Source: an uncultured Gemmatimonadaceae bacterium (lineage in GTDB: Bacteria; Gemmatimonadota; Gemmatimonadetes; Gemmatimonadales; Gemmatimonadaceae). From it: a stretch of 64,000 nucleotides of DNA. Position 1 is the stretch's first letter. Each line of letters opens with the position of its first letter. The stretch lies in NCBI GenBank assembly GCA_963829055.1, contig CAWHHI010000003.1:384001-448000 (forward strand), in the 5' to 3' direction. Below, in pieces: positions 38,990 through 48,837 of the stretch. A program made the translations under genes and the position numbers. Below the pieces are notes generated by a model. It did no database searches. It had not been told where the DNA came from and saw nothing but the letters and a program-made list of their open reading frames with translations.

Positions 38990-41900
38990 ATGTTCCTGTC
39001 AGATATCTCGATCCGTCGCCCGGTGTTCGCGACCATGATGATGGTCACGCTCGTCGTGCTCGGCATCGTTGCCTATCAGCGCCTCTCGCTCGACGAATAC
39101 CCCGACGTCACGTACCCGGTCATCATCGTCCAGACGAGCTACCCGGGGACATCGCCCGAAGTGATGGAGCGCCAGATTTCGCGCCCCATCGAGCAGGCCG
39201 TGAACACCGTCCAGGGCGTCTACGAAGTGAGCTCGACTTCGCTCGAAGGCATCTCGATCGTGCGCCTGCAGTTCAACCTCGGCGCGGACGTGAAGGGTGC
39301 GCAACAGGACGTCCAGGCGAAGGTGTCCGGGATCCGAAGGCAGCTTCCGCCGGATATCGACGAGCCAGTTGTTAGGCACTTCGACCCGAACGATAGTCCG
39401 ATCATCTCCATCGCGGCGCAGAGCACCGAGCGCCCGTTGCGCGAGATCACGGACATGGCCGACGAGACGATCGTCACGCGTCTCCAGGCCGTGCCCGGTG
39501 TCGGCGCGGTCAATCGCACCGGAGGCAGCGAGCGCGTCATCCGCGTGCAGCTCGACCCGTCAGCGCTCAACTCCTATCGCGTGAGCCCGCAGCAGGTGAT
39601 GCAGGCGCTGCAGCGTGAGAATCAGGAGGTCCCCGCCGGTCGCGTCGACTACGGCGACATCGAGCGCCTGGTTCGCGTCACCGGCCGCATCGTCGAGCCG
39701 CGCCAGTTCGCGAACATCGTCGTCGCCGTTCGCAACAACGTCCCGATTCGCATCTCGGACGTCGGCACCGTGATCGACGGCGAGGCCGACAAGCGCACCG
39801 CCGCCGAGATCGATCGCAACCCGGCCGTCTCGATCGAGATCCTCAAGATCTCGGGCGCGAACACGGTCGACGTGGCGGACTCGGTCCGCGCGGCGGTCGC
39901 CGATCTCTCGCGTCAGCTTCCGAGCGACGTGACGCTGCGCGTGACACGCGACGACTCCAGGCGCATCCGCGAATCGCTCGCCGACGTGCAGATGAGCCTC
40001 GTGCTCGGCGCCGTCCTCACGATCGCGATCATCTATCTCTTCCTGAACTCGTGGCGTTCCACCGTCATCACCGGGCTGGCGCTGCCGATCAGTATCATCT
40101 CGTCGTTCTTCATCATGTGGGTGATGGACTTCACCATCAACACGATGACGCTGCTCGCGCTTTCACTTGCGATCGGCCTCCTCATCGACGACGCCATCGT
40201 CGTCCGTGAGAACATCGTGCGTCACATGGAAATGGGGAAAGACCACTACACCGCGGCGCGCGACGGAACGTCCGAGATCGGGCTCGCCGTGTTCTCCACG
40301 ACACTCGCCGTCGTGGCCGTGTTCGTTCCGGTCGCCTTCATGGGCGGCATCATCGGAAAGATCTTCTTCCAGTTCGGCGTCACCGTCGCGTTCGCCGTGC
40401 TGGTGTCGTTGTTCGTGTCGTTCACACTCGACCCCATGCTCTCGAGCGTGTGGTACGACCCGGACGTCGAGCACGGTGCGAAGGCCGATGGAGCGCACGG
40501 CGAAACGGGTGGCGCGCCGCGTCGCGTCCGATCACCCATTCGCCGCGGCGCCATCGCGTTCAACAACTGGTTCGAACGCATGTCCGACAAGTACCCGACG
40601 ATGCTGCACTGGGCGTTGGGCCACCGCCTGTTGGTCATGGTCGTGTCCATCGCCCTGATCGTCGCGGCTGGCATCATCATCCCGCGACTCGGCTTCACGT
40701 GGATGCCCGACCCGAACGGCGATGACTTCTCCGTGGGCGTTCGTACGCCACCCGGATCGACGCTCGACTACACGCTCGCCAAGGGTCGCGAAGTCAGCGA
40801 CTTCCTCAAGTCACAACCGGAAGTCGAATACACGTACCTGACGGTTGGCGGCGGATTCCGCGGCACGCCTAACCAGGGATCCATCAACGTCCAGCTGCGC
40901 GCTGGACACGAACGCACGCTCACCGAGATCCAGACGGAGCTGCGCGGGAGGCTGCGGCAGGTGACGGGCATCGTTCCGACCATCAATCCGCCACAGAGCA
41001 TTTTCGGCGGCCGCGGACAGCCAATCCGCGTGAACATCCAGGGGCCGGAACAGTCGCGCCTCAAGATCGCTGCCGGGCGTGTGTACGAAGCCATGAAGCA
41101 GATCCCCGGCGTGGCCGAGCCGAATTCGAGCGACCAGGGCGACATTCCCCAGTTGGACGTCACCGTCGACCGGCAGCAGGCGTGGGCAGCTGGCCTCGGC
41201 ATCAATGCGATCGGGACAACGTTGCAGCCGCTGTTCTCGGGAACGCGGGCGACGCGTTGGGAAGACCCACAGGGCTACCAGCACGACGTCATCGTGGTCT
41301 ATCCCGACTCGCTGCGAAAAACGGCGGCCGATGTGGCGAACATCCCCATCGCCACCTCCAACATTGATCCGACCACCGGTCAGCCCACCATCGTCCCGCT
41401 CTCGCAGGTCGCCGAGGTTCGCAGCGGCGTCGGACCGCAGCAGATCGAGCGTCGGCAGCTCGAGCGACAGATCAACATCTCCGCCGGCGTCATTCCCGGG
41501 AATCCGCTGGGCGACGTTGCCGCTGCGGTGAAGGCGTCGATCGACTCACTGAACCTGCCGCCGGGATATCACGCCGTCTTTACCGGCGACGTCCAGAACC
41601 TGAATGACACGAAGGGCTACGTCGCGGAAGCCCTCATTCTCGCGGTGGTCTTCATCTACCTCATTCTCGCGTCGCTCTTCGGATCGTTCCTGCAGCCGCT
41701 CGCGATCATGCTCGCGCTGCCGCTGAGCTTCATCGGCGTCGCGCTGGCACTGCTCCTCACGCGCGGTAACATGAACGTGATGTCCATGATCGGTATCATC
41801 ATGCTCATGGGCCTCGTGACGAAGAACGGTATTCTGCTCGTCGACTTCACGAATCAGGAGCGCGAGCACGGACGCGAACGCGAGTCGGCGATCCTCACGG

Positions 41901-42181
41901 CCGCGCGCACCCGTCTTCGCCCGATCATCATGACCACGTTCGCTATGGTGTTCGGCATGATTCCGCTCGCACTGGCCATTGGCGCGGGAGCGGAACAGCG
42001 TGCCCCAATGGCGCGTGCGGTCATCGGTGGCTTGATCACTTCGACGTTCCTCACGTTGTTCGTCGTCCCCGTGATGTACACGCTCCTCGACGACACCGCG
42101 GCATGGGTGCTGAGCCGACGGCGCTCTCCACACAGGCCGACCGCCGAACCGCCGGTCACCGACCCTGCGTTCGGTGATTGA
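38990..42181 (+). CDS. RND efflux permease (AcrB/AcrD/AcrF family)
   Basis: ISIRRPVFA, GLLIDDAIVVRENI, KNGILLVDF and RLRPIIMT. Confidence 0.95.
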   Translation: MFLSDISIRRPVFATMMMVTLVVLGIVAYQRLSLDEYPDVTYPVIIVQTSYPGTSPEVMERQISRPIEQAVNTVQGVYEVSSTSLEGISIVRLQFNLGADVKGAQQDVQAKVSGIRRQLPPDIDEPVVRHFDPNDSPIISIAAQSTERPLREITDMADETIVTRLQAVPGVGAVNRTGGSERVIRVQLDPSALNSYRVSPQQVMQALQRENQEVPAGRVDYGDIERLVRVTGRIVEPRQFANIVVAVRNNVPIRISDVGTVIDGEADKRTAAEIDRNPAVSIEILKISGANTVDVADSVRAAVADLSRQLPSDVTLRVTRDDSRRIRESLADVQMSLVLGAVLTIAIIYLFLNSWRSTVITGLALPISIISSFFIMWVMDFTINTMTLLALSLAIGLLIDDAIVVRENIVRHMEMGKDHYTAARDGTSEIGLAVFSTTLAVVAVFVPVAFMGGIIGKIFFQFGVTVAFAVLVSLFVSFTLDPMLSSVWYDPDVEHGAKADGAHGETGGAPRRVRSPIRRGAIAFNNWFERMSDKYPTMLHWALGHRLLVMVVSIALIVAAGIIIPRLGFTWMPDPNGDDFSVGVRTPPGSTLDYTLAKGREVSDFLKSQPEVEYTYLTVGGGFRGTPNQGSINVQLRAGHERTLTEIQTELRGRLRQVTGIVPTINPPQSIFGGRGQPIRVNIQGPEQSRLKIAAGRVYEAMKQIPGVAEPNSSDQGDIPQLDVTVDRQQAWAAGLGINAIGTTLQPLFSGTRATRWEDPQGYQHDVIVVYPDSLRKTAADVANIPIATSNIDPTTGQPTIVPLSQVAEVRSGVGPQQIERRQLERQINISAGVIPGNPLGDVAAAVKASIDSLNLPPGYHAVFTGDVQNLNDTKGYVAEALILAVVFIYLILASLFGSFLQPLAIMLALPLSFIGVALALLLTRGNMNVMSMIGIIMLMGLVTKNGILLVDFTNQEREHGRERESAILTAARTRLRPIIMTTFAMVFGMIPLALAIGAGAEQRAPMARAVIGGLITSTFLTLFVVPVMYTLLDDTAAWVLSRRRSPHRPTAEPPVTDPAFGD

Positions 42182-42382
42182 GACGATCATTCGCGACCTC
42201 GTTATGTCGCTCGTTGTGTTGCAGGTCGCTTGACTCCACGACATTGCCATTGTACTAGGGTGACGTGAAGTGGCGCGCGTTTTCGCGCTCACTTGAAAAA
42301 CGCGAAGGGGCTCGTGCGTGCACCTTTCCCGTTCGGCTTTCCCCCTGGATCGAACCGGACGGCAATCTCACAGGAGGCGGTC

Positions 42383-43062
42383 ATGCCGCGCGGTGACGAG
42401 TTGGAACGTGAGTTCAAGTTTTCCGATCGGGATGACGAGTCCGACGACTTGGGCTATGGGGGCGGGGGAAGTTCGTTCGAAGAAGACGATGACGAGGACG
42501 GCGGCTGGGTACTGAACCAGCGCGACGAAAGCCTCTGGGACGACGCCGACGAGTCTGATGGAGACGAAGACGAGGAGGCCGAGACCGGCGCCGGAGCGGC
42601 CGGTGGCGGCGAGAAGACGACGAAGAAGAAGAGGAAGTTTTTCCTCGACCTGGCAGACCTGGACGTCCGCGACGCACGCCGGCTGCGCCGGGAGCGTCCG
42701 CTGCCAGCCCGGCGCCTGCGGCTGCGCCCAGCCCTGCGGTTGCACCAGCCGCCGCGGTGAGCGCACCAGCGGCAAAGGCCGCACAATCAAAGGCTCCGAC
42801 GAAGCAGCCGGCCGCGAAGCAGGCTCCCGCGAAGAAGGCCGCGGCAAAGTCGGGCGCCAAGACCGAGCCGGCACGGCCGACGGCCAAGAAGGCGACGAAG
42901 GTCGCCGCGAAAAAGGCTGGCGCCGCGAAGGGTAAGAAAACCGCGGCGAAGCGCCCGGCCTCTCAGGGCGCCAAGAAGTCGGCGAGCAAGAAAGCGCCAG
43001 CAAAGAAGGCGGCGAAGTCCAGCGGGGGACGCACTGCGGGACGCGCCGCGAAGAAGAAGTAG
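42383..43062 (+). CDS. acidic/AT-hook-like/histone H1-like protein, 1-nt frameshift near 42611
   Basis: AGGAGG RBS; D/E-rich N-terminus; the frame from 42613 is open through PRPGRPGRPRR to PAKKAA repeats. Confidence 0.7.
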
Positions 43063-43214
43063 GTCGGCAGCGCTCTCGCCGGCGCTCGGGTTCGGGCGCC
43101 GGACTGTTGGATACGACCGCGGGTGCTGCCGGCTTGGGCCGGCGCCCCGCGGTCTCGTCTTCTCGCTGAGAAAGCGTTCGCCGCCACCGTCGTTTCCATT
43201 TCACTCGTCGGACC

Positions 43215-44838
43215 ATGCTGTCCACCGATTCTTTGGAACGTCAGCTCATCGATGCGGTCCCCGTCAGCATCTACGCGTTCGATCTCGATGCTCACGTCAC
43301 GAGCATCCATCTCGCGGCCGCACGATTCGGGGAAGACACTGGGCTCGCGACCCAGGCCACCGCGGACGAGACCCGCGGACGTCCCGTGTGGGACGCAATG
43401 CAGGGACGTCTCTCGCGCGAACAGGTCGAGCACGGCATGCACCTGCTCCGCACCGGACGCGCCCCGGTCGTTCGGTGGGAGTTGAATCCGGCATCACACG
43501 ATCGCCGCACGCTCCTGGCCCAGATGACGCCTCTGCACGACGAGTCACACGCCGTGACCGGGTTCGTCATCTCCACCGTCGATATCACGTCCGTCGAACG
43601 TGCCCGCGAGGCGTCGATCGAGTCCGGCATCGCCCTCGCACGCGCGATCGATGTCGACCATGCGCTGCTGGAGGCCGCGCAGCAGCTTCGGCAACACGTT
43701 CGTCCGGATCTCATTGTGATGGCGCTTGGCGGCGAAGACGGTGCGGGCCCAAAGGTCGCGTACGAGAATGGCGCCGACGCTGAGAACCACATACTCGAGC
43801 GACGCTTCGCGGAGTCGTGGCGTAGCCGCGCTGAGTGATGGAGATGTTCACACGACTCGCGGCGACTCGACGGTCGAGCTCACCGTTTCGATGATCGGAT
43901 CAGCTGGACCGCTCGGTGTCATCACCATCATCAGCGACGATATCGAGTCGCCCGATCGACTCGCGGACGCGCAGCGCTTCGTCGCAGCGGTCGCCGCGCA
44001 GACGGCCGCCGCCGTCGAGCGTTCACGTCACATTCGCCGTTCCGGCCATCGACGTCGTAGTGAGGCCATTGGCGAGATCGCGGCCGGCGTCTCGCAGGAG
44101 TTGCGCAACCCGATATTCGGTATCTCCTCCGCGGCCCAGTTGCTTCGATTCCGCGCCCGTGAAGACCCCGTGATGGAGAAGAACGTTGGGAGGATTCTCC
44201 GCGAGGTCGAGCGCCTCAATCGAATGGTCGGCACTCTCGGCGAGCTTGGCCGACCCATCGCACTCAACCTGTCGACGCACGACCCGGACGCCGTGTGGGA
44301 TGACGTGCTGCAATCGGAACGCGGGCGCCTCGAAAGCCGAGCGCTCGCGGTGCAACGGACCAGACCCGAGTCCGGTGCGGCGATTGTGCTGGACGCTGAG
44401 CAACTCGCCCAGGCATTCAGAAACATTCTCTCGAATGCCGTCGATGCCGCACCCGAGGCGACTGACATCAGTCTGGAATCGGTTGTGGTTCCCAACGGGG
44501 GTTGGCGCTGCCGGCTGACGAATGGTGGGCCACCCATTGCACCTGAAACGCTGCCGCGCGTGTTCGAGTTGTTCCTTTCCACAAAGCCGGGAAGCACCGG
44601 CGTAGGCCTCGCGCTCGCGCAGCGGATCGTCGAAGAGCACGACGGAACGATTGCTATCCAGAGTAGCCGAGACGCGGGGACTACTGTGTCTGTCAGCCTG
44701 CCCGAGCACCCCTCGTATCGCGTCTCTGCCGTAATTATGTTGGCATCATGGCTGAATCTCCTGTCGCAATGCTCCGTGCCCACTCCCGGCACGCCCCCTG
44801 GAACGCGCGAGGACTCGCTGCCCACGTCACCGCGTTAG
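43215..44838 (+). CDS. PAS/GAF sensor kinase-like protein, frameshift near 43825
   Basis: PAS-like N-terminus; AAGVSQELRNPI (Q in place of the phospho-His); NILSNAV; STGVGL. Confidence 0.8.
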
Positions 44839-45296
44839 TCGACGCGGCCGGCATGCGGCCCACGAATGCCTCCGCGCGCGCGGCCCCGAGTGCGCGGGCC
44901 GTTCGCTTCTACGTATCCAACGGGCTGCTAGACCGCCCCGAGGGGACTGGTACGGCGGCGACCTACAACTATCGCCACCTCCTGCAGCTCCTCGCCATCA
45001 AGATCCGCCAGCGCGAAGGTCAGACGCTGGAAGTCATCAAGCGAGAGATGAGAGAGAGCACGGGCGACCAGCTCGAGCGACGCATCGCGCAGTCGCTCGC
45101 GCCTGCGCTCGGCGTTCGCGCCGATGCCGCGGTCGCGCAGGACGATCAGCGGACGTTCGCCTGGCGTCGCATTCCCGTCGCCGACGGCATCGAGATCCAC
45201 GTGCGCGACGATTCGGCCGCGTCCAGCGAAGACGCGCTCATCGCAATGCGCGAAGCGGTCCGCGCTGCGTTGGGACGCGCGGACATCCGAGGCTGA
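44748..45296 (+). CDS. MerR-family HTH regulator
   Basis: SARAVRFYVSNGLLDRP...YNYRHLLQLLAIK...GQTLEVIK. Confidence 0.8.
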   Translation: MAESPVAMLRAHSRHAPWNARGLAAHVTALVDAAGMRPTNASARAAPSARAVRFYVSNGLLDRPEGTGTAATYNYRHLLQLLAIKIRQREGQTLEVIKREMRESTGDQLERRIAQSLAPALGVRADAAVAQDDQRTFAWRRIPVADGIEIHVRDDSAASSEDALIAMREAVRAALGRADIRG

Positions 45297-45297
45297 G

Positions 45298-46593
45298 TCA
45301 CAACACGCGCTGAAACGCGTTCGCTCCCCACTCGAGCAGCTTCTCGGTCCACGACCGTTGCTCGAACTCGGCCAGCTTGATCTCCTTGGCGTACCGAAGG
45401 TCCGCCATGAAAAGAGAGTCGAGGGTCGAGCCCACGCCTTCGTCGAGCGACGCAATGTTCGACTCGTTGTTGAACACGAGCGATCGATTGTCGAAGTTCA
45501 GCGAGCCGACGGTGGACCATACGCCGTCCACGACGAACGTTTTCGCGTGCATCATCGTCGGCCCATACTCGTACACACGAACGCCACCCTTCAGTAGCTC
45601 AGGATAGCGCGCACGCCCGGCGTACACGGTGGTCTTCACATCGCTCTTGTCTCCAGCCGTCAGCACTCGCACATCCACACCGCGTTTGGCCGCGCGGATC
45701 AGAAGCGCCCGAAAGTCGTCGTCGGGCACGAAGTAGGAATTTGAGATGTAGAGCGTTCGGCGCGCGGCACTGATCGAGAGCGCCAGGAAGCGCTCGGCGG
45801 GCGTACTGCCGATGGTCGGTACAGAATGAAGCACGCCGGCTGACACGGCACCGACCTCTGCGAACGATGCCGGCGGGAAGAACACATCCCCGGTGATGAG
45901 CTCGCCCTTGGCCTCTGCCCACCCCGACGCGAACGTCGCCTGCAACTGTGCGACGGCGGGTCCCTCGAAGCGAGCGTTCGATTCCCGCCACTGGTCTTCG
46001 GATTTGCCGTCGCCAAGCCAGTAGTCGGCAAGCCCGAATCCGCCGGTGTAGGCGACTCGACCATCGACCACGACCACGCGTACGTGGGACCGCTGCGCAG
46101 CCTTGTGCAGCGAGTACCAGTGGAGTGGCCGGAGCCACGCCACCTCGACTCCCGACTTCTCGAGATCATCGGCCCACTTGCCTCGCAATCCCTGCGAGCC
46201 GAATGCATCCAGGAGAAGCAGCACTCGCACTTTCGCGCGCGCCCGCTCTGCTAACAACTTCGCCATTGTATCGGCAACGGCACCGGGCTTCGAGAAGTAC
46301 ATCTGCACCGTGACCGTCTGGCGCGCGGAGCGAATGTCTCCCCACAACCGCGGATACGCCGCTCCGTTCGCGAGCACCTCGATCTTGTTCCCCGGCTCCA
46401 TGTGCAGGCCCGTGAACAGCTCGAGGGTGTGACTGAACAGCGAATCACGCACGCCTGGAAACCGCGTGTCGCCGACGGCAAGAACTCGCGTCACCGGCGA
46501 CCCACGCGTCACCGTGAGCACACCGATCAGCGCGAACGCGAGTAGAACCAGGACCGCGACCACGACCGAAATTCTCTTTACCGCTCGGAGCAT
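45298..46593 (-). CDS. cls: cardiolipin synthase/phospholipase D
   Basis: RSHVRVVVVDG (variant) and MHAKTFVVDG HKD motifs; GSLNFDNRS. Confidence 0.85.
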   Translation of the reverse strand: MLRAVKRISVVVAVLVLLAFALIGVLTVTRGSPVTRVLAVGDTRFPGVRDSLFSHTLELFTGLHMEPGNKIEVLANGAAYPRLWGDIRSARQTVTVQMYFSKPGAVADTMAKLLAERARAKVRVLLLLDAFGSQGLRGKWADDLEKSGVEVAWLRPLHWYSLHKAAQRSHVRVVVVDGRVAYTGGFGLADYWLGDGKSEDQWRESNARFEGPAVAQLQATFASGWAEAKGELITGDVFFPPASFAEVGAVSAGVLHSVPTIGSTPAERFLALSISAARRTLYISNSYFVPDDDFRALLIRAAKRGVDVRVLTAGDKSDVKTTVYAGRARYPELLKGGVRVYEYGPTMMHAKTFVVDGVWSTVGSLNFDNRSLVFNNESNIASLDEGVGSTLDSLFMADLRYAKEIKLAEFEQRSWTEKLLEWGANAFQRVL

Positions 46594-46708
46594 TGGAACC
46601 ACCAGAGATCATCGACGATTGTACCCTCTGGAATGTCGCAAATGCAGAGGTCGTTCCACATTCTCGTGATCGGTTCCCTGTTGAACGTTCTCACTGTGGT
46701 CGCCATCA

Positions 46709-47440
46709 ATGTCTCAGACAAAATCTGAACTCTCGCTCGAAGGCAAAGTCGCCGTGCTCACCGGCGTGTCGCGTCAGGGCCAGGTGGGCGAGACCGTGGC
46801 TCAGTCGCTTGCGGAGCGCGGCGTCTCAGTCGTTCTCATCGACCGCACAGGCGTGGAGGCCGAGGCCCGAGCCAGGGAGATTCGCGACCGCGGTCATCGC
46901 GCGCTGGCGGTCAACGCGGATCTTACGGACGCATCACAGCTCGACGCGGTCGCGCGTGTTGTGAAGAACGAGTTCGGCGGCGTGGACGCGCTCGTGAACA
47001 TCGCCGGCGGCTTCAGCATGTCTGGAAAGGTGTCGGACAGCGACCCTGGCGCGTGGTCGCGTCAACTCGGCATTGGTCTCACGACGGCGTACCTGACGAC
47101 ACGTGCGTTTCTTCCCCTCGTTCGAGAGCGGCGCGGCGCGGTGCTTTTCTTTGCAGCCGCGGCTGCCCTACCCGGGGGCCGCATCGCGGAAATGTCCGCG
47201 TATGCAGTCTCCAAGGCCGGCGTCATCACGCTCATGCGGGCGGTGGCGCAGGAAGAACGACAGACGGGCGTCCGATCCAACGCGCTCGCGCCGACTGCGA
47301 TTCGTACGGCCGCAAACCTTGAGTCTATGGACGCGTCGACGCGATACGTCGAGCGCGAGGAAGTGGCGGATGCGGTACTATTTCTCTGCTTTTCCGACGC
47401 CGCTCGCTCGATAACCGGGCAAGTCATCCAGCTCGGCTAA
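46709..47440 (+). CDS. SDR family oxidoreductase
   Basis: VAVLTG, DALVNIAGG and YAVSK catalytic motif. Confidence 0.9.
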   Translation: MSQTKSELSLEGKVAVLTGVSRQGQVGETVAQSLAERGVSVVLIDRTGVEAEARAREIRDRGHRALAVNADLTDASQLDAVARVVKNEFGGVDALVNIAGGFSMSGKVSDSDPGAWSRQLGIGLTTAYLTTRAFLPLVRERRGAVLFFAAAAALPGGRIAEMSAYAVSKAGVITLMRAVAQEERQTGVRSNALAPTAIRTAANLESMDASTRYVEREEVADAVLFLCFSDAARSITGQVIQLG

Positions 47441-47482
47441 GCGTACGTGCTCGGCCCAATGCTCGACAGTCTTATGCCATAT

Positions 47483-47574
47483 TAGCGCCATAAAGGCGCT
47501 ATGTGACACGTCTGCGACAGTTCTGCTGAGCGATTGGCTCGATGGTAGGGCTTGAACGACAAATGTGAGACGTC
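47483..47574. promoter_or_regulatory. inverted repeat and direct repeat upstream of the replication initiator gene
   Basis: TAGCGCC-ATAAA-GGCGCTA (47483-47501); ATGTGA(C/G)ACGTC at 47501 and 47563. Confidence 0.4.
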
Positions 47575-47615
47575 GCCCCTAGCCGCCCGGCATTCGCTAC
47601 AGTACGCTACGCGGC

Positions 47616-48467
47616 ATGAGCCTCGCTGCGCATCGGCGAACCGCCACGCGCACGATCGTCCTCGACCGCTCGCTCGAGGCACTCCCGGTTTTCCGCCTGA
47701 GCGACTCGGCCGATGATTCGGCGGTGATTTACGCTCCTGAATCGGGAGGACGCTGGCGCGTCCTCCCGACGCCCGGCGACCGCGTCCCCGGCACGTTCGA
47801 CCAGGACGTCTACGTCGAGCTGCTTCGTCGCTACCACGAAGCGAACTGCCCCGATGACGGTGTCATCACGTTCACGCTTCACGCATTTCTTCGGGCGATC
47901 GGCCGGCGCGTAGACGGCCGTACGTACGAACAGCTTCGCGCGGCACTGAGCCGACTCGAACGCACAGCGCTCGAATCGAGCGGGGTCTACTTCGATGCGC
48001 TCACATCGGCGCGGCTCGATGGCCGATTCACGATCCTCAACTCCATCGCCATCGAGCGCCGCCGCTCGACTGACCGCGATCAACTCGCCCTCTTCCCCAC
48101 GATATCTGCATCCGAGCCCGGGGACGCGCGCGTTACCATCGCCCCCGCCATCCGCTCGAACATTGCCGCCGGCCACACCGTGACGTTGTCGGCCGCGCGC
48201 TACCTCGAGCTCTCGTCTCCGGTCGCGCGACGGCTCTATCGTCTGCTCGAGGTCGCACGAGAGGATGGCACGGTGACTTGGCGCATCGCGCTGGATAAGC
48301 TCGCCGAACAATTGCCCCTGGCACAGCGTTATCCATCGCACCTGCAGCGGGTCCTACAACCCGCGCATCAGATGCTGTTGGCAGCCGGCCTCGCTCGCGA
48401 CATCGTATTCCGACAACAGCGACGTGACTGGTTCGTCGACTACGTGCTGGCGTCGCGATTGGTGTAG
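47616..48467 (+). CDS. plasmid-type replication initiator protein A (RPA/TrfA-like)
   Basis: EALPVFRLS, PGTFDQDVY, FTLHAFLRAIGR..DGRTYEQLRAALSRL and LSSPVARRLYRLL. Confidence 0.72.
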   Translation: MSLAAHRRTATRTIVLDRSLEALPVFRLSDSADDSAVIYAPESGGRWRVLPTPGDRVPGTFDQDVYVELLRRYHEANCPDDGVITFTLHAFLRAIGRRVDGRTYEQLRAALSRLERTALESSGVYFDALTSARLDGRFTILNSIAIERRRSTDRDQLALFPTISASEPGDARVTIAPAIRSNIAAGHTVTLSAARYLELSSPVARRLYRLLEVAREDGTVTWRIALDKLAEQLPLAQRYPSHLQRVLQPAHQMLLAAGLARDIVFRQQRRDWFVDYVLASRLV

Positions 48468-48544
48468 GACCTGCGACTCATGCTACATCTCACTTGAGTT
48501 GAAGGCGTCGATTCGCCTCAATCCAAACTCGACCGGGAGATTCC

Positions 48545-48739
48545 ATGGCAACGAAGCTCGACAAGACGATCAAACGCGAGATCGAGATGGATGGTCAGGC
48601 CTACATGGTCACGATCTCTCCCGATGGCGTTAAGCTCACGCAGAAGGGCTTTCGGAAGGGGCGAGAGATGTCGTGGCGCGCGCTCTGGGCCGGTGGAAGT
48701 GAGGAAGGCTCCGGCGGAACGGGCGGCAACACGGAGTGA
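48545..48739 (+). CDS. small hypothetical protein
   Basis: GGGAG RBS; ATKLDKTIKREIEMDG...VTISPDGVKLTQKGFRKG. Confidence 0.75.
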   Translation: MATKLDKTIKREIEMDGQAYMVTISPDGVKLTQKGFRKGREMSWRALWAGGSEEGSGGTGGNTE

Positions 48740-48837
48740 CGCACGCCGCTTGCGTACCGTCCGGGTCAGGGAGACGAGGAACTCATCCTCGCGCTGCGCG
48801 TATCTTAGGTATCTACACTCGTTAAGCCGAGCTATTC

